Source: Heptranchias perlo (Eukaryota). From it: a DNA stretch of 64,000 nucleotides. Both the position numbers and the translations under genes were made by a program. Each line of letters opens with the position of its first letter. The first letter of the stretch is position 1. The notes below the pieces were generated by a model. The model saw only the letters and a list, made by a program, of their open reading frames with translations, did no database searches and was not told the DNA's origin. Positions 24,130 through 38,627 of the stretch are shown one piece after another. The stretch lies in contig NC_090327.1 in NCBI RefSeq assembly GCF_035084215.1, positions 141,608,001 to 141,672,000 of the forward strand, in the 5' to 3' direction.

Positions 24130-24440
24130 GGCACAGAATAAGGCCATTCGGCCCATTGTGTCCTCGTCGGCTGAGAAACGAGCCATCCAGCCTTCTCACA
24201 CGTTCCCGCATTTGGTCCGTAGCCCTGCAGGTCAGGGCTCATCAGGTGCACATCCAGGGATTTTTTTAATGAGTTGAGTTCCAGACCCCCACCATCCTCT
24301 GGGTGAAAATGTTTTCCTCATTTCCGCCCTAATCCTTCTATGTCTCTTGGTTATTGACCTCTCCGCAAAGGGAAATAGGCCCTACCTATCCACTCTATCT
24401 AGGCCCCTCATAATTTTGTAGAACATCTTTAAGTCACCCT
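24130..24440 (-). mobile_element. Decayed CR1 3' end
   Basis: Similar to 38830-39190 and 61640-62000. Confidence 0.7.
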
Positions 24441-24978
24441 CAGAAATACCGAGGACGTTTCATCTTCGGCAACAAGAGGCATTCTGTTGTGTTCTACCTA
24501 CTATTGTTTTCAATCTCATCCTCCGACAATATTTGTTTGGTCTGTATCATTTTACCAGATTTGTAGACCAGAAGCTGACTGATATGTTGGTTATTGTGTC
24601 AACGATTGCTGAATCAGAGTGAGTGAAATTTGCCTGTGTTATTGGATGTGAGTGAGGGATTTATCTGTCCTTCAGCCTGTGTCAGTTCCGAGTACCGCAG
24701 TGAATGTGACACGAATGTTTTACACTGTTTCTGATTCTAGCGCTAAGTGAGAGAGCAAGACAGACTTGTAGTCTGGTGGAATTCGTCTCTAAACAGTCCT
24801 ACGTGTGTGTGGAAATTAAACTGTTTCAAATTCCTCATGTCGGTTAGTCTGGAATTGGCACTCTGGTCTGTCTGTTGATTCTTAGTGTAAAATTATCAAC
24901 TATCTTCTATCAATTTCCCGTTTAAATGCGTTTGTGAATTGCGCGCGAGATCAGAGCTCTTTCCATCGCCGATTTGGT

Positions 24979-24994
24979 GGTTCTGAAAAGAGCC
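24979..24994 (-). terminator. H3 stem-loop with a C-A mismatch
   Basis: Minus strand GGCTCTTTTCAGAACC-ACCAA; HDE GGAAAGAGCTC at ~24954-24964. Confidence 0.88.
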
Positions 24995-25027
24995 TTTGTT
25001 GCACTTGATGCTGAAGCCGGGTCGGGT

Positions 25028-25486
<459 letters not shown>

Positions 25487-25494
25487 TCAGGGGT

Positions 25495-25700
25495 CGCTTT
25501 TTAAAGGGTTTGTGAGGGACCGCCCCGGGGCTGTGATTGGCTGTAGTCCGACGCCCCAGTCAGGCAGAGACCGTCATTGGCCGCAGTCCGACGCTCATCA
25601 GGTTTGAACCGAGCTCTGACAGGCAAAAACAAACGGCGGGAATTATTGGGACCCGATTGGCTGAGCTGAAATTAAACAAATTCAAAAAGCCCGCCAAAGT
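25495..25700 (-). promoter_or_regulatory. H3 promoter
   Basis: TTTAAA TATA-like element at ~25500 and CCAAT boxes (attgg at ~25537, 25577, 25656). Confidence 0.7.
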
Positions 25701-25982
25701 CAGCACATCAAATTCAAATAAAATCTCATTTCCCGCCAATAGACTAAATCTCTATTGTTATATTTTCAATTATTCCGTATTTGTCATTTCAAATTCCAGC
25801 CTGAGAAACATTCCGGATCATTCTCTGATCGGTCTGGAAACGGGCGGAAAGAAAACCCCGGACGCAGTTTCCGATCGGTGACGAGTATTAGTGAACTCTC
25901 CCCATATTATTAAAAAAGCTGAAACACTCAGACCAATATCTCCCCGTTCCCAGGTCAGTGTTCTCTCTGTGAGACGGTGGGT

Positions 25983-25998
25983 GGCTCTTAGAAGAGCC
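25983..25998 (-). terminator. Histone stem-loop of the second H4 pseudogene
   Basis: Minus strand GGCTCTTCTAAGAGCC-ACCCA. Confidence 0.9.
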
Positions 25999-26033
25999 TT
26001 TGTTTTGTGTTTGGTTAGAATGGGTCGAGTTGT

Positions 26034-26284
<251 letters not shown>

Positions 26285-27185
26285 AGAGAGAGAGGAGGAG
26301 ACAACGTGAGATATTAAACAGAGAGGAGAGGAGACAGAGTGAGATATTAAACAGAGGGGAGGAGACAGAGTGAGATATTAAACAGAGGGGAGGAGACAGA
26401 GTGAGATATTAAACAGAGAGGGGAGGAGACAGAATGAGATGTTAAACAGAGAGGGGAGGAGATAGGGTGAGATATTAAACAGAGAGGGGAGGAGATAGGG
26501 TGAGATATTAAACAGAGAGGGGAGGAGACAGAGTGAGATATTAAACAGAGAGGGGAGGAGACAGAGTGAGATATTAAACAGAGAGGGGAGGAGATAGGGT
26601 GAGATATTAAACAGAGAGGGGAGGAGACAGAGTGAGATATTAAACAGAGAGGGGAGGAGACAGAGTGAGATATTAAACAGAGAGGGAGGAGACAGAGTGA
26701 GATATTAAACAGAGAGGGGAGGAGACAGAACGAGATGTTAAACAGAGAGGGGAGGAGACAGAGTGAGATATTAAACAGAGAGGGGAGGAGACAGGGTGAG
26801 ATTTTAAACAGAGGGGAGGAGACAGAGTGAGATATTAAACAGAGAGGGGAGGAGACAGAATGAGATGTTAAACAGAGAGGGGAGGAGATAGGGTGAGATA
26901 TTAAACAGAGAGGGGAGGAGACAGAGTGAGATTTTAAACAGAGAGGGGAGGAGACAGAGTGAGATTTTAAACGGAGGGAAGGAGACAGAGTGAGAAATTA
27001 AACAGAGAGGAGAGGAGACCGAGTGAGATATTAAACAGAGAGGAGAGGAGACCGAGTGAGATATTAAACAGAGAGGGGAGGAGACAGAGTGAGATATTAA
27101 ACAGAGAGGAGAGGAGACAGAGTGAGATATTAAACAGAGAGGGGAGGAGACAGAGTGAGATATTAAACAGAGGGGAGGAGACAGT
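26285..27185 (+). repeat. 33-bp minisatellite, about 27 units
   Basis: gagtgagata recurs at 26531, 26564 and onward. Confidence 0.95.
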
Positions 27186-27862
27186 CAGAGTGACGGACAG
27201 AGCGGAGAGCGGCCTCTGATCTTCCAGCTCCATCTCCAGTCCTCTCCACCCGCCAATTTCAAACCGTTTATCGATAATAGAACCGAAACACAGCGCTCCG
27301 CACAAACCCCTTGCACACTCGGGCTTCATATTCAAGGATTTCCAGAAAGCCGGAGTTTTAAATAAGCCCCGTTACAATGAACAGTCAGTAATATTCCTGT
27401 CCTGTACAGTCCCTTTTGTAACAAGTCAACCCGCCACCTTCCATTTCAGTCCCAGACTCGATTCTATCCCCTCTCAGACCGGTTCAGCAGTTTACAAACA
27501 CCTTATTCCGGCTGATTTGGAGAATCTCATGTATTGGAGTTTAAATTGTGATAGCGGCGGATCTCCGCCAGTTTTACCGTCTCACAGAGACTGTGGCCCC
27601 CAATCTGTGGAGGAAGAATGAACTGGGACTGGAGCCAAACAAACCACGAGATACAGTGAGGCCCGGCCCGGACATCCCATTCTCTCTATTTTATTGCAGA
27701 CAGTGGGGAATGTCAGCGAGACACCAGGAACCCTGGGTTCACTTTAAATTATTTTTATCTGAAATCTGAGCGCGGCCTCGGGACAGGAATCATCTGACAG
27801 GAATCATCTCGGGACAGGAATCATCTGATTCCGGAATCAGCTCTTTCCTGAGAGACGTGGGT

Positions 27863-27878
27863 GGCTCTGAGAAGAGCC
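27863..27878 (-). terminator. H1 stem-loop, displaced by LINE-A
   Basis: Minus strand GGCTCTTCTCAGAGCC-ACCCA; HDE GGAAAGAGCTG at 27838-27848. Confidence 0.9.
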
Positions 27879-27900
27879 GTTGGGTTCAGATGTTCACAAA

Positions 27901-29565
27901 TCTCAGCCTCCTCCCGATATCCCTACCATCACGGAAGCCAGTCTTCAGCCAATTCGATTCACTCCACGTGATATCAAGAAACGGCTGAGTGCACTGGATA
28001 CAGCAAAGGCTATGGGCCCCGACAACATCCCAGCTGTAGTGCTGAAGACTTGTGCTCCAGAACTAGCTGCGCCTCTAGCCAAGCTGTTCCAGTACAGCTA
28101 CAACACCGGCATCCACCCGACAATGTGGAAAATTGCCCAGGTATGTCCTGTCCACAAAAAGCATGACAAATCCAATCCGGCCAATTACCGCCCCATCAGT
28201 CTAATCTCAATCATCAGCAAAGTGATGGAAGGTGTCGTCGACAGTGCTATCAAGCGGCACTTGCTCACCAATAACCTGCTCACCGATGCTCAGTTTGGGT
28301 TCCGCCAGGACCACTCGGCTCCAGACCTCATTACAACCTTGGTCCAAACATGGACAATAGAGCTGAATTCCAGAGGTGAGGTGAGAGTGACTGCCCTTGA
28401 CATCAAGGCAGCATTTGACCGAGTGTGGCACCAAGGAGCCCTAGTAAAATTGAAGTCAATGGGAATCAGGGGGAAAACTCTCCAGTGGCTGGAGTCATAC
28501 CTAGCACAAAGGAAGATGGTAGTGGTTGTTGGAGGCCAAGCATCTCGGCCCCAGGGCATTGCTGCAGGAGTTCCTCAGGGCAGTGTCCTAGGCCCAACCA
28601 TCTTCAGCTGCTTCATCAATGACCTTCCCTCCATCATAAGGTCAGAAATGGGGATGTTCGCTGATGACTGCACAGTGTTCAGTTCCATTCGCAACCCCTC
28701 AGATAATGAAGCAGTCCGAGCCCGCATGCAGCAAGACCTGGACAACATCCAGGCTTGGGCTGATAAGTGGCAAGTAACATTCGCGCCAGATAAGTGCCAG
28801 GCAATGACCATCTCCAACAAGAGAGAGTCTAACCACCTCCCCTTGACATTCAACGGCATTACCATCGCCGAATCCCCCACCATCAACATCCTGGGGGTCA
28901 CCATTGACCAGAAACTTAACTGGACCAGCCATATAAATACTGTGGCTACGAGAGCAGGTCAGAGGCTGGGTATTCTGCGGTGAGTGACTCACCTCCTGAC
29001 TCCCCAAAGCCTTTCCACCATCTACAAGGCACAAGTCAGGAGTGTGATGGAATACTCTCCACTTGCCTGGATGAGTGCAGCTCCAACAACACTCAAGAAG
29101 CTCGACACCATCCAAGATAAAGCAGCCCGCTTGATTGGCACCCCATCCACCACCCTAAACATTCACTCCCTTCACCACCGGCGCACTGTGGCTGCAGTGT
29201 GCACCATCCACAGGATGCACTGCAGCAACTCGCCAAGGCTTCTTCGACAGCACCTCCCAAACCCGCGACCTCTACCACCTAGAAGGACAAGGGCAGCAGG
29301 CACATGGGAACAACACCACCTGCACGTTCCCCTCCAAGTCACACACCATCCCGACTTGGAAATATATCACCGTTCCTTCATTGTCGCTGGGTCAAAATCC
29401 TGGAACTCCCTTCCTAACAGCACTGTGGGAGAACCTTCACCACATGGACTGCAGCGGTTCAAGAAGGCGGCTCACCACCACCGTCTCAAGGGCAATTAGG
29501 GATGGGCAATAAATGCTGGCCTCGCCAGCGACGCCCACATCCCATGAACGAATTAAAAAATAAAA
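27901..29565 (+). mobile_element. Young LINE-A, 5'-truncated, inside the H1 3' UTR
   Basis: RT ORF 27880..28983 is intact up to a single CGA>TGA; continues 28984..29499; tail present. Confidence 0.96.
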
Positions 29566-29579
29566 TTCCACTTGATTTT

Positions 29580-30191
29580 TTACTTCTTTTTGCCCGCTGC
29601 TTTCTTTGGCTTTGCTGAATTCGGCTTGGGCTTGGCCCTCGGATTTTGTACCTTCTTCGCCTTCGCCTTTACTGCTTTGACTGAGTTGGGGGTCTTGGGC
29701 TTCTTAACAGCCGCTTTCTTTTTAATAAGTGGTGATTTCACCGCCTTCGTGATCGATTTCTTGGCCGCTGATTTCTTGACGGCAGTTTTTTTGACCGCTG
29801 GTTTCTTTACGGAAGATTTCTTGGTTGTTTGTTTCTTCACCTTCTTCACCACTTTTGTCTGGGCTTCCTTCTTAGCGACTTTGAAGGAGCCCGAGGCGCC
29901 CGTGCCCTTGATCTGGACCAGGGAGCCTTTTTCCACATGTTTGTTGATATTTAATTTGATCTGGGTCCGGAGCTTCTCCACATCCAGGCCGTTGGTGGCC
30001 AGAACCTTCTTTATCGCGGCCAGGGAGATCCCCTTGCGATCCTTACAATCCGCCACAATCTTGAGGATCTGTTCTCCCAACCTGGGACCGGATGTCTTGG
30101 GTCGGGGAACCGCCTTCTTCTTCTTGGGAGCATTGGTCTGAGCGGCGGCGGCGGTAGGAGGGGCCGTTTCGGCGGCTGCGGTATCCGTCAT
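29580..30191 (-). CDS. H1: Linker histone H1, intact ORF
   Basis: 203 aa; globular domain (DRKGISLAAIKK...LVQIKGTGASGSFK) and K/A/P-rich tail. Confidence 0.95.
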   Translation of the reverse strand: MTDTAAAETAPPTAAAAQTNAPKKKKAVPRPKTSGPRLGEQILKIVADCKDRKGISLAAIKKVLATNGLDVEKLRTQIKLNINKHVEKGSLVQIKGTGASGSFKVAKKEAQTKVVKKVKKQTTKKSSVKKPAVKKTAVKKSAAKKSITKAVKSPLIKKKAAVKKPKTPNSVKAVKAKAKKVQNPRAKPKPNSAKPKKAAGKKK

Positions 30192-31262
30192 GTCCCGGAC
30201 TCTGTCGAAAATCTCTCTGACAGCCAGAGCTGATCAGAAATGAAACGAGAGGCGGCGGCACAGAGCAATTTAAAGGCACAGAGCGGACCGGGAGGAGACA
30301 ACCTGATGTCAGCTCACAGCCCCTCCAGCCTCTCTGTGTTACTCTCTCCTCTTAAACTCCCGGATTCCAATTAAAATCGGGCACTCCAGAGTCCCAGACT
30401 GGCCCTTTCCTATCTCGAACACCGGAATGTTTGCTGTCGAAAATCTTAAGCCGAAATTAAATGTATCAGTTTCGTTTGAAACCATTTCATTGCTGCACTG
30501 ATCGCGCTGTCTCATCCGATCGCTGACCTGATCTCCGTTTTTCTGCTGAAATCTTGATTTGAACTAAAACTTTATGTTAAATTTCCACTCCTGAGCTTGG
30601 CAGGGGAGGAGGGCGATCTTTTGACAGGGTTTTAAAAAAAAAGTACACAAAAGGGACTCGGAAATCCGGCGATGAGGGTCGACACACAAACACACGGACA
30701 TTAATCGAACCCGCCCGCCCCTTTAACACTCTCTCTGACACAAAGTTCACATCCGCACATTGACAGGACAAACTGTTCGCCTGATTGACAATTCCCGGGA
30801 CAGGCTTTCCTCCCCGCTCGGCCTGTGCTGCGGATTCTCGGGGGTTAGTTGTAGTTTCCCAGCTCAGTAACTGTTAAACACTCTGAGGCCGGCGCTCCTC
30901 ACAGTGTCTGGTCCCACATTCAGGGACAGGAGCCAATCACAACTGTGGCTGTGATAATCCATATCTGGTTTTAAATTATTATATTGTTCGCAGAAATATG
31001 ATTAGTTAAGATGAAAATTCAGATTATCCGCTCCAGGTTTCTCCAGTCTCTCTGTGTTCCTCTCTCCTCCTAAACTAACTGACAGATAATAGTAACTGGT
31101 GTCCTATCGATCCCATTGTCAACACCCAGAGACGGCTGGTTGCTGAATAAATTCAACACTCACAGACAGTGTCAGAGAGTTACAGACTGTTTTTGTCAAC
31201 CTTTCCTTACAGGACTGGAGACAGATAAACGCACCGTCAGGCCGGCTCATACATAATAGAAG

Positions 31263-32977
31263 GGATATTTCACATCGGTATTTACGGTTGAGAAAGGCAT
31301 GGATGTTAGGGAACTTGGGGAAATAAATAGTGACGTCTTGAGGAGTGTACATATTACAGAGAGGGGGGTGCTGGAAGTCGTAACGCGCATCAAGGTAGAT
31401 AAATCTCCGGGACCTGATGAAATGTATCCCAGGACGTTATGGGAGGTTAGGGAGGAAATTGCGGGTCCCCTAGCAGAGATATTTGAATCATCGACAGCTA
31501 CAGGTGAGGTGCCTGAAGATTGGAGGGTAGCAAATGTTGTGCCTTTGTTTAAGAAGGGCGGCAGGGAAAAGCCTGGGAACTACAGATCGGTAAGCCTGAC
31601 ATCTGTAGTGGGTAAGTTGTTAGAGGGTATTCTGAGTGACAGGATCTACGGGCATTTGGAGAGGCAGGGACTGAGTAGGAACAGTCAGCATGGTTTTGTG
31701 AGAGGAAAATCATGTCTCACAAATTTGATTGAGTTTTTTGAAGGGGTAACCAAGAAGATAGATGAGGGCTGTGCAGTAGACGTGGTCTACATGGACTTCA
31801 GCAAAGCCTTTGACAAGGAACCGCATGGTAGGTTGTTACATAAGGTTAAATCTCACGGGATCCAAGGTGAGGTAGCCAATTGGATACAAAATTGGCTTGA
31901 CGACAGAAGACAGAGGGTGGTTGTAGAGGGTTGTTTTTCAAACTGGAGGCCTGTGTCCAGCGGTGTGCCTCAGGGATCGGTGCTGGGTCCGCTGTTATTT
32001 GTTATTTATATTAATGATTTGGATGAGAATTTAGGAGGCATGGTTAGTAAGTTTGCAGATGACACCAAGATTGGTGGCATTGTGGACAGTGAAGAAGGTT
32101 ATCTAGGATTGCAACGGGATCTTGACAAATTGGACCAGTGGGCCGATGAATGGCAGATGGAGTTTAATTTAGATAAATGTGAGGTGATGCATTTTGGTAG
32201 ATTGAATCAGACCAGGACCTACTCCGTTAATGGTAGGGCGTTGGGGAGAGTTATAGAACAAAGAGATCTAGGAATACAGGTTCATAGCTCCTTGAATGTG
32301 GAGTCACAGGTGGATAGGGTGTTGAAGAAGGCATTCGGCATGCTTGGTTTCATTGATCAGAACATTGAATACAGGAGTTTGGATGATTAGATGAAGTTGT
32401 ACAGGACATTAGTAAGGCCACACTTGGAGTACTGTGTACAGTTCTGTTCACCCTATTATAGAAAGGATATGATTAAACTAGAAAGAGTGCAGAAAAGATT
32501 TACCAGGATGCTACCGGGACTTGATGGTTTGACTTATATGGAGAGGTTAGATCGATTGGGGCTTTTTTCCCTGGAGAGTAGGAGGTTGAGGGGTGATCTT
32601 ATTGAAGTCTATAAAATAATGAGGGGCATAGATAAGGTAGATAGTCAAAATCTTTTCCCAAAGTTAGGGGAGTCTAATACGAGGGGACATAGATTTAAGG
32701 TGAGAGGGGAGAGATACAAAAGGGTCCAGAGGGGCAATTTTTTCACTCAAAGGGTGGTGAGAGTCTGGAACGAGCTGCCAGAGGCAGTCGTAGAGGCGGG
32801 TACAATTTTGTCTTTTAAAAAGCATTTGGACAGTTACATGGGTAAGATGGGTTTAGAGGGATATGGGCCAAGTGCAGGCAATTGGGACTAGCTTAGTGGT
32901 ATAAACTGGGTGACATGGACATGTTGGGCCGAAGGGCCTGTTTCCATGTTGTAACTTCTATGATTCTATGATTCTAT
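31263..32977 (+). mobile_element. Young CR1 LINE, 5'-truncated
   Basis: ORFs 31299..32390 and 32391..32891 (YMDFSKAFD, GVPQGSVLGP, KFADD); (attctatg)n tail; absent in the paralogue at ~61550. Confidence 0.96.
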
Positions 32978-34059
32978 CACAGTACCGTCTCACCAACAGC
33001 ACACAGACACAGAATCAGTCTTTCACTATCTATCAGTGTGTCCATATTACGCTCAGTAACAGTATCCTGCCTTCATGTACAGACTAGAGAGACAGACAAA
33101 CCAACAGAAAAGCAGACAGAGACACAGACAGACAAAGTGTCAATCTCACAAATCCTATCAGTATGTCCGTTTCACGCACAGTAACAGTATCCCACCTTTA
33201 TGTACAGCGCTCGAGAGAGATACAGGCAGACAGTCAGATTGAGACACAAAGAGACGGACACAGTAACATTCTCACACTTCTTATCTGTGTGTCCGTTTCA
33301 CACTCACTAAACAGTAACCCACATTCATGCACATTACATAAGACACATAGAAACTTACCTGTAATGTCCCGGATTCGCCCAGTAACAAATCGGGAAATAT
33401 TCCGTTCTAATTTATATTCCACATTGGTGTGACAGAAGATGCATTCTCATCTGTCATCGATAATAATTCAGAGTCAGACACGGAATTAATTCCACTCTCA
33501 AGGTCAGTGTCACATTCTTTTGCATGTTGTATCCTCTGAAATCTTGCAGCTCAGGGCCGTTCGGTATTACTCTCAGTGACCGAGAGCTATACTCCGATTG
33601 AAATAAACTGGGACTGTTGCTGTCAGATACTAATCCTACACGGTCCCAGCAAATACACCGACTCCCACTTTCCTCCCACGTTTCTCCAGGATTAGTTTGA
33701 GTAATCCACACTCCAGTTTCGATGTCACACGTTACTTTATCAGTGAAGGGACCAAGAATGAACAGAGGACATTGGCTCATTTCACAGCCGTCCACTTTAT
33801 CTATGAAAGACTCTTTACCATCAAAAGATACCGCGAGAAACAGCAGGGATGGAAACATCTGGTTTAATAGTTGGAGATTGTAAAGTCAGTCTGGATTCCA
33901 GCGTTAGGCACTGGTGGAATCCCATCTGTTTTCCATTCTGGTGCCTGTTCCTGCTCTGCCTGTAGACCCCATTCCCTCTGACCTTTCCCCCAGACCCACT
34001 TCCTTTGCTCAGACTGAAAAATTCCAACTGGGGAAAGTTTCCATCGATTTTTGTATTCA

Positions 34060-35350
34060 GAATTAAACCTGATATCTGCGCATGCGTCATTCAGCCCCGC
34101 ACCAGCGCGGATTGTTGGTGAACAGAAGAGCGCATGCGCGCTCCCCTCCCCCTGCTCGGCCTGTGGGGCCATTCCCTCAGTGAGTGGAAGAAGATGGTTT
34201 AAAACAGGCGGGAATGGAGAGATCACGGCCCCGGGGTAAGGGAGCAAACAGCAGCCTCGTTACAGCAGCTCATCGCTCCGGGACCGTGTCCGCAGATGGG
34301 CTCAGAGATCGGCATTGAGACCGGGGTAAGTTCAGGGGGAGTCCGGGGGCTGTTTGTAAGAGGCGGAGTGGATCAGGAACTGGTCCCGGAACATGGAGTG
34401 AGGGGGGAAGGGAGAGACCATTCTGGGGCTGTGTGTGTACAGGGTGTGTCCAGGGTAAGGGAGACAGAATGGGAAGAACCTGCTATTTAAAATCATTGCT
34501 GCTTTCTCTCCCCAAACCAGTGGTGAATGTTCCTGGTTCAGGTCCAGTCTCACCCTGTTTGTTGTTATTGGACAGTGAACAGTGGAAACAGAGCCGGAAA
34601 GTAAGGATGTGGGGAGTTATACAAAGAGCATCTATTGCAGGCATCAGGTGAGAAGTGTGAAGGACACATTTTAAACAGCGACTGTTTGGTTTCGGTTGAA
34701 CGGTTAGTGCCCTGGGAGAGGGGATTAGAAACCTGACCTGTGCAAAGGTCCCTGCCCCATCGGGTAGTCCCATTCATGGACCAGTGCAGGGATTGGGTTG
34801 TGTCTGGATGTCAATAAATTGTTGTAAAACAGCCGACCACACCTGGTATGCAGAAGCTGAGTGCTGCAGCACTGCAGTGGAGTCAGACACTGACACTGTT
34901 TGTATCTCTGGTTTTCATTTGTGGATATTAAAATGATTATTAATGGAGATATTAAACTGATCACGTTTGTATTTTCTACCTCACTGGTTCTTGAGTTACA
35001 AGAGATAATTTTTCTTCCTGCAGGTAAATTCTTGAAGGACTCAGAATAAACGTCATGTTTCCTGCACCTGAGGCACAACGAACAGTGCAGCCAGCTCCTT
35101 CTCACACACAGTAGGTGCATTATCACCCACAGAGCACGGAGTTTCAGACAGCAGAAGTAGTCAGTCAAACACTGATCCCAAGTAGCAAAGATGCACGATC
35201 AATTCAATGGTCAGAGGCGGAGATCCAGATGATTCAATTTCACCTCAACTCAGTACCACTGACAGGTAGATACATAAATCCCAGTCCAAAATCACACCCA
35301 CTGTTGCTTGAAATGCACTGCGTCAATCTCACAATATTGCAGCCTTAGCT
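34060..35350 (+). promoter_or_regulatory. Promoter block X, copy 2
   Basis: Near-identical to 13100-13790 over the core; NRF1 motifs and splice signals retained. Confidence 0.6.
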
Positions 35351-35653
35351 ACAAACAAAATAGCAGATGGAACTGACACGCGGCACCCGTTTGAAAGATA
35401 CAGCATTAGCCCCGATAATATAACCCGAGATTCAACTTGAATAGCGAGCAGAACTCACACATGTTATGAGTTTAAAAGATGCCGAATTCATCCCAATTCT
35501 GTATCCTGAGATACAAATTACATACCAGTCCAAAACTCACGTACAGTATCAGTGAGAGATGCCGTAAGACAATATAACCTGAGATACAAAATTAGATACC
35601 AGTTCAGAACTCACTCATATTATGAAAATGAAAGTTACAATATCTATTCGATT

Positions 35654-38627
35654 GTCTCACTAAAAAAAACTGATAATAAGAATAAACCGGACGGACCACC
35701 CGGCATCGGACCACGAGGCACCGGAAATGACAACGGCAAACCAAGCCCAGTCGATCCTGCAAAGTCCTCCTCACTAACATCTGGAGACTTGTGCCAAAAT
35801 TGGGAAAGCTGTCCCACAGACTAGTCAAGCAACAGCCTGACATGGCCATACTCACAGAATAATTTCCTTTCAACGAACGTCTCAGACTCTTCCATCACCA
35901 TCCCTGGGTATGTCCTGTCCCACCGGCAGGACAGACCCACCAGAGGTGGTGGGACAGTGATATACAGTCAGGAGGGAGTGGCCCTGGGAGTCCTCAACAT
36001 TGACTCTGGACCACATGAAATCTCATGGCATCAGGTCAAACATGTGCAAGGAAACCTCCTGCTGATTACCACCTACCGCCCTCCCTCAGCTGAAGAATCA
36101 GTCCTCCTCCATGTTGAACACCTCTTGGAGGAAGCACGGAGGGTAGCAAGGGCACAGAATGTACTCTGGGTGGAGGACTTCAATGTCCATCACCAAGAGT
36201 GCTCGGCAGCACCACTACTGACCAAGCTGGCCGAGTCCTGAAGGACATAATTGAACGACTGGGCCTGCGGCAGGTGGTGAACGAACCAACACGAGGGAAA
36301 AACTTACTTGACCTCGTCCTCACCAATCTACCAGTTGCAGATGCATCTGTCCATGACAGTATTGGTAGGAGTGACCACCGCACAGTCCTCGTGGAGATGA
36401 AGTCCCATCTTCGCACTGAGGACACCATCCAACGTGTTGTGTGGCACTACCACCGTGCTATATGGGATCGATTCAGAACAGATCTAGCAGCTCAAAACTG
36501 GGCATCCATGAGGTGCTGTAGGCCATCAGCAGCAGCAGAATTGTATTCCAGCAAAATCTGTAACCTCATGGCCCGGCATATTCTTCACTCTACCATTACC
36601 CAAAAGCCAGTGGATCAACCGTGGTTCAATGAGGAGTGAGGAAGAGCATGCCAGGAGCAGCACCAGACGTACCTAAAAATGAGGTGCCAACCTGGTGAAG
36701 CTACAATTCAGGACTACATGCATGCTAAACAGCGGAAGCAACATCCTATAGGCGGAGCTAAGCGATTCCACAACTAATGGATCAGATCAAAGCTCTGCAG
36801 TCCTGCCACATCCAGCCGTGAATGGTGGTGGACAATTAAACAACCAACGGGTGGAGGAGGCTCTGCAAACATCCCCATCCTCAATGATGGCAGAATCCAG
36901 CACGTGAGTGCAAAAGACAAGGCAGAAGCGTTTGCAACCATCTTCAGCCAGAAGTGCCAAGTGGATGATCCAGCTCGGCCTCCTCCCAATATCACCAACA
37001 TCACAGAAGCCAGTCTTCAGCCAATTCGATTCACTCCACGTGATATCAAGAAACGGCTGAGTGCACTGGATACAGCAAAAGCTATGGGCCCCAACAACAT
37101 CCCGGCTGTAGTGCTGAAGATTTGTGCTCCAGAACTAGCTGCGCCTCTAGCCAAGCTGTTCCAGTAGAGCTACAACAGTGGCATCTACCCGACAATGTGG
37201 AAAATTGCCCAGGTATGTCCTGTCCAAAAAAGCAGGACAAATCCAATCCGGCCAATTGCCGCCACATCAGTCTACCCTGAATCATCAGCAAAGTGATGGA
37301 AGGTGTCGACAGTGCTATCAAGCGGCATTTACTCACCAATAACCTGCTCACCAATGCTCAGTTTGGGTTCCGCCAGGACCACTCGGCTCCAGACCTCATT
37401 ACAGCCTTGGTCCAAACATGGACAAAAGAGCTGAATTCCAGAGGTGAGGTGAGAGTGACTGCCCTGGACAACAAGGCAGCATTTGACCGAGTGTGGTACC
37501 AAGGAGCCCTAGTACAATTGAAGTCAATTGGAATCAGGGAGAAAACTCTCCAGTGGCTGGAGTCATACCTAGCACGAAGGAAGATGGTAGTGGTTGTTGG
37601 AGGCCAATCATCTCAGCCCCAGGGCATTGCTGCAGCAGCTCCTCTGGGCAGTGTCCTCGGGCCAACTATCTTCAGCTGCTTCATCAATGACCTTCCCTCC
37701 ATCATTTGGTCAGAAATGGGGATATTCGCTGATGATTGCACAGTGTTCCATTCCATTCGCAACCCCTCAAATAATGAAGCAGTCCGAGCCCGTATGCAGC
37801 AAGACCTGGACAACATCCAAGCTTGGGCTCATAAGTGGCAAGTAATATTCGTGCCAGACAAGTGCCAGGCAATGACCATCTCCAACAAGAGAGAGTCTAA
37901 CCACCTCCCCTTGACATTCAACCGCATTACCATCGCCAAATCCCCCACCATCAACATCCTGGGGGTCATCATTGACCAGAAACTTAACTGGACCAGCCAT
38001 ATAAATACTGTGGCTACGAGAGCAGGTCAGAGGCTGGGTATTCTGCGGCGAGTGACTCACCTCCTGACTCCCCAAAGCTCTCCACCATCTACAAGGCTCA
38101 AGTCATGAGTGTGATGGAATACTCTCCACTTGCCTGGATGAGTGCAGCTCCAACAACACTCAAGAAGCTCGACACCATCCAGGACAAAGCAGCCCGCTTG
38201 ATTGGCACTCCATCCACCACCCTAAACATTCACTCCCTTCTCCACCGGCGCACAGTGGCTGCAGTGTGCACCATCCACAGGATGCACTGCAGCAACTCGC
38301 CAAGGCTTCTTCGACAGCACCTCCCAATCCCGTGACCGCTACTATCTAGAAGGACAAGAGCAGCAGGTACATGGGAACAACACCACCTGCACGTTCCCCT
38401 CCAAGTCACACAACATCCCGACTTGGAAATATATCGCCGTTCCTTCATCGTCGCTGGGTCAAAATCCTGGAACTCCCTTCCTAACAGCACTGTGGGAGAA
38501 CCTTCACCACATGGACTGCAGTGGTTCAAGAAGGCGGCTCACCACCACCTTCTCAATGGCAATTAGGGATGAGCAATAAATGCCAGCCTCGCCAGTGAAG
38601 CCCGCATCCCATGAACGAATCAAAAAA
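35654..38627 (+). mobile_element. Near full-length LINE-A (APE + RT), frameshifted
   Basis: APE motifs (TYRPPS, EPTRGKNLLDLVLTN, SDH) then RT; 12-bp TSD atctattcgatt at 35642-35653 and 38628-38639. Confidence 0.95.

Noticed and set aside
27780-27827. Triple gacaggaatcatct repeat beyond the H1 HDE
   Set aside because: Short local slippage with no evidence of function.
27880-29499. Possible programmed readthrough at TGA 28981
   Set aside because: Sibling copies have CGA here, so this is CpG decay in a truncated copy.
33454-34247. Opposite-strand ORFs upstream of block X (also 60394-61007)
   Set aside because: Present in only two copies, with different ends and no recognisable motif.
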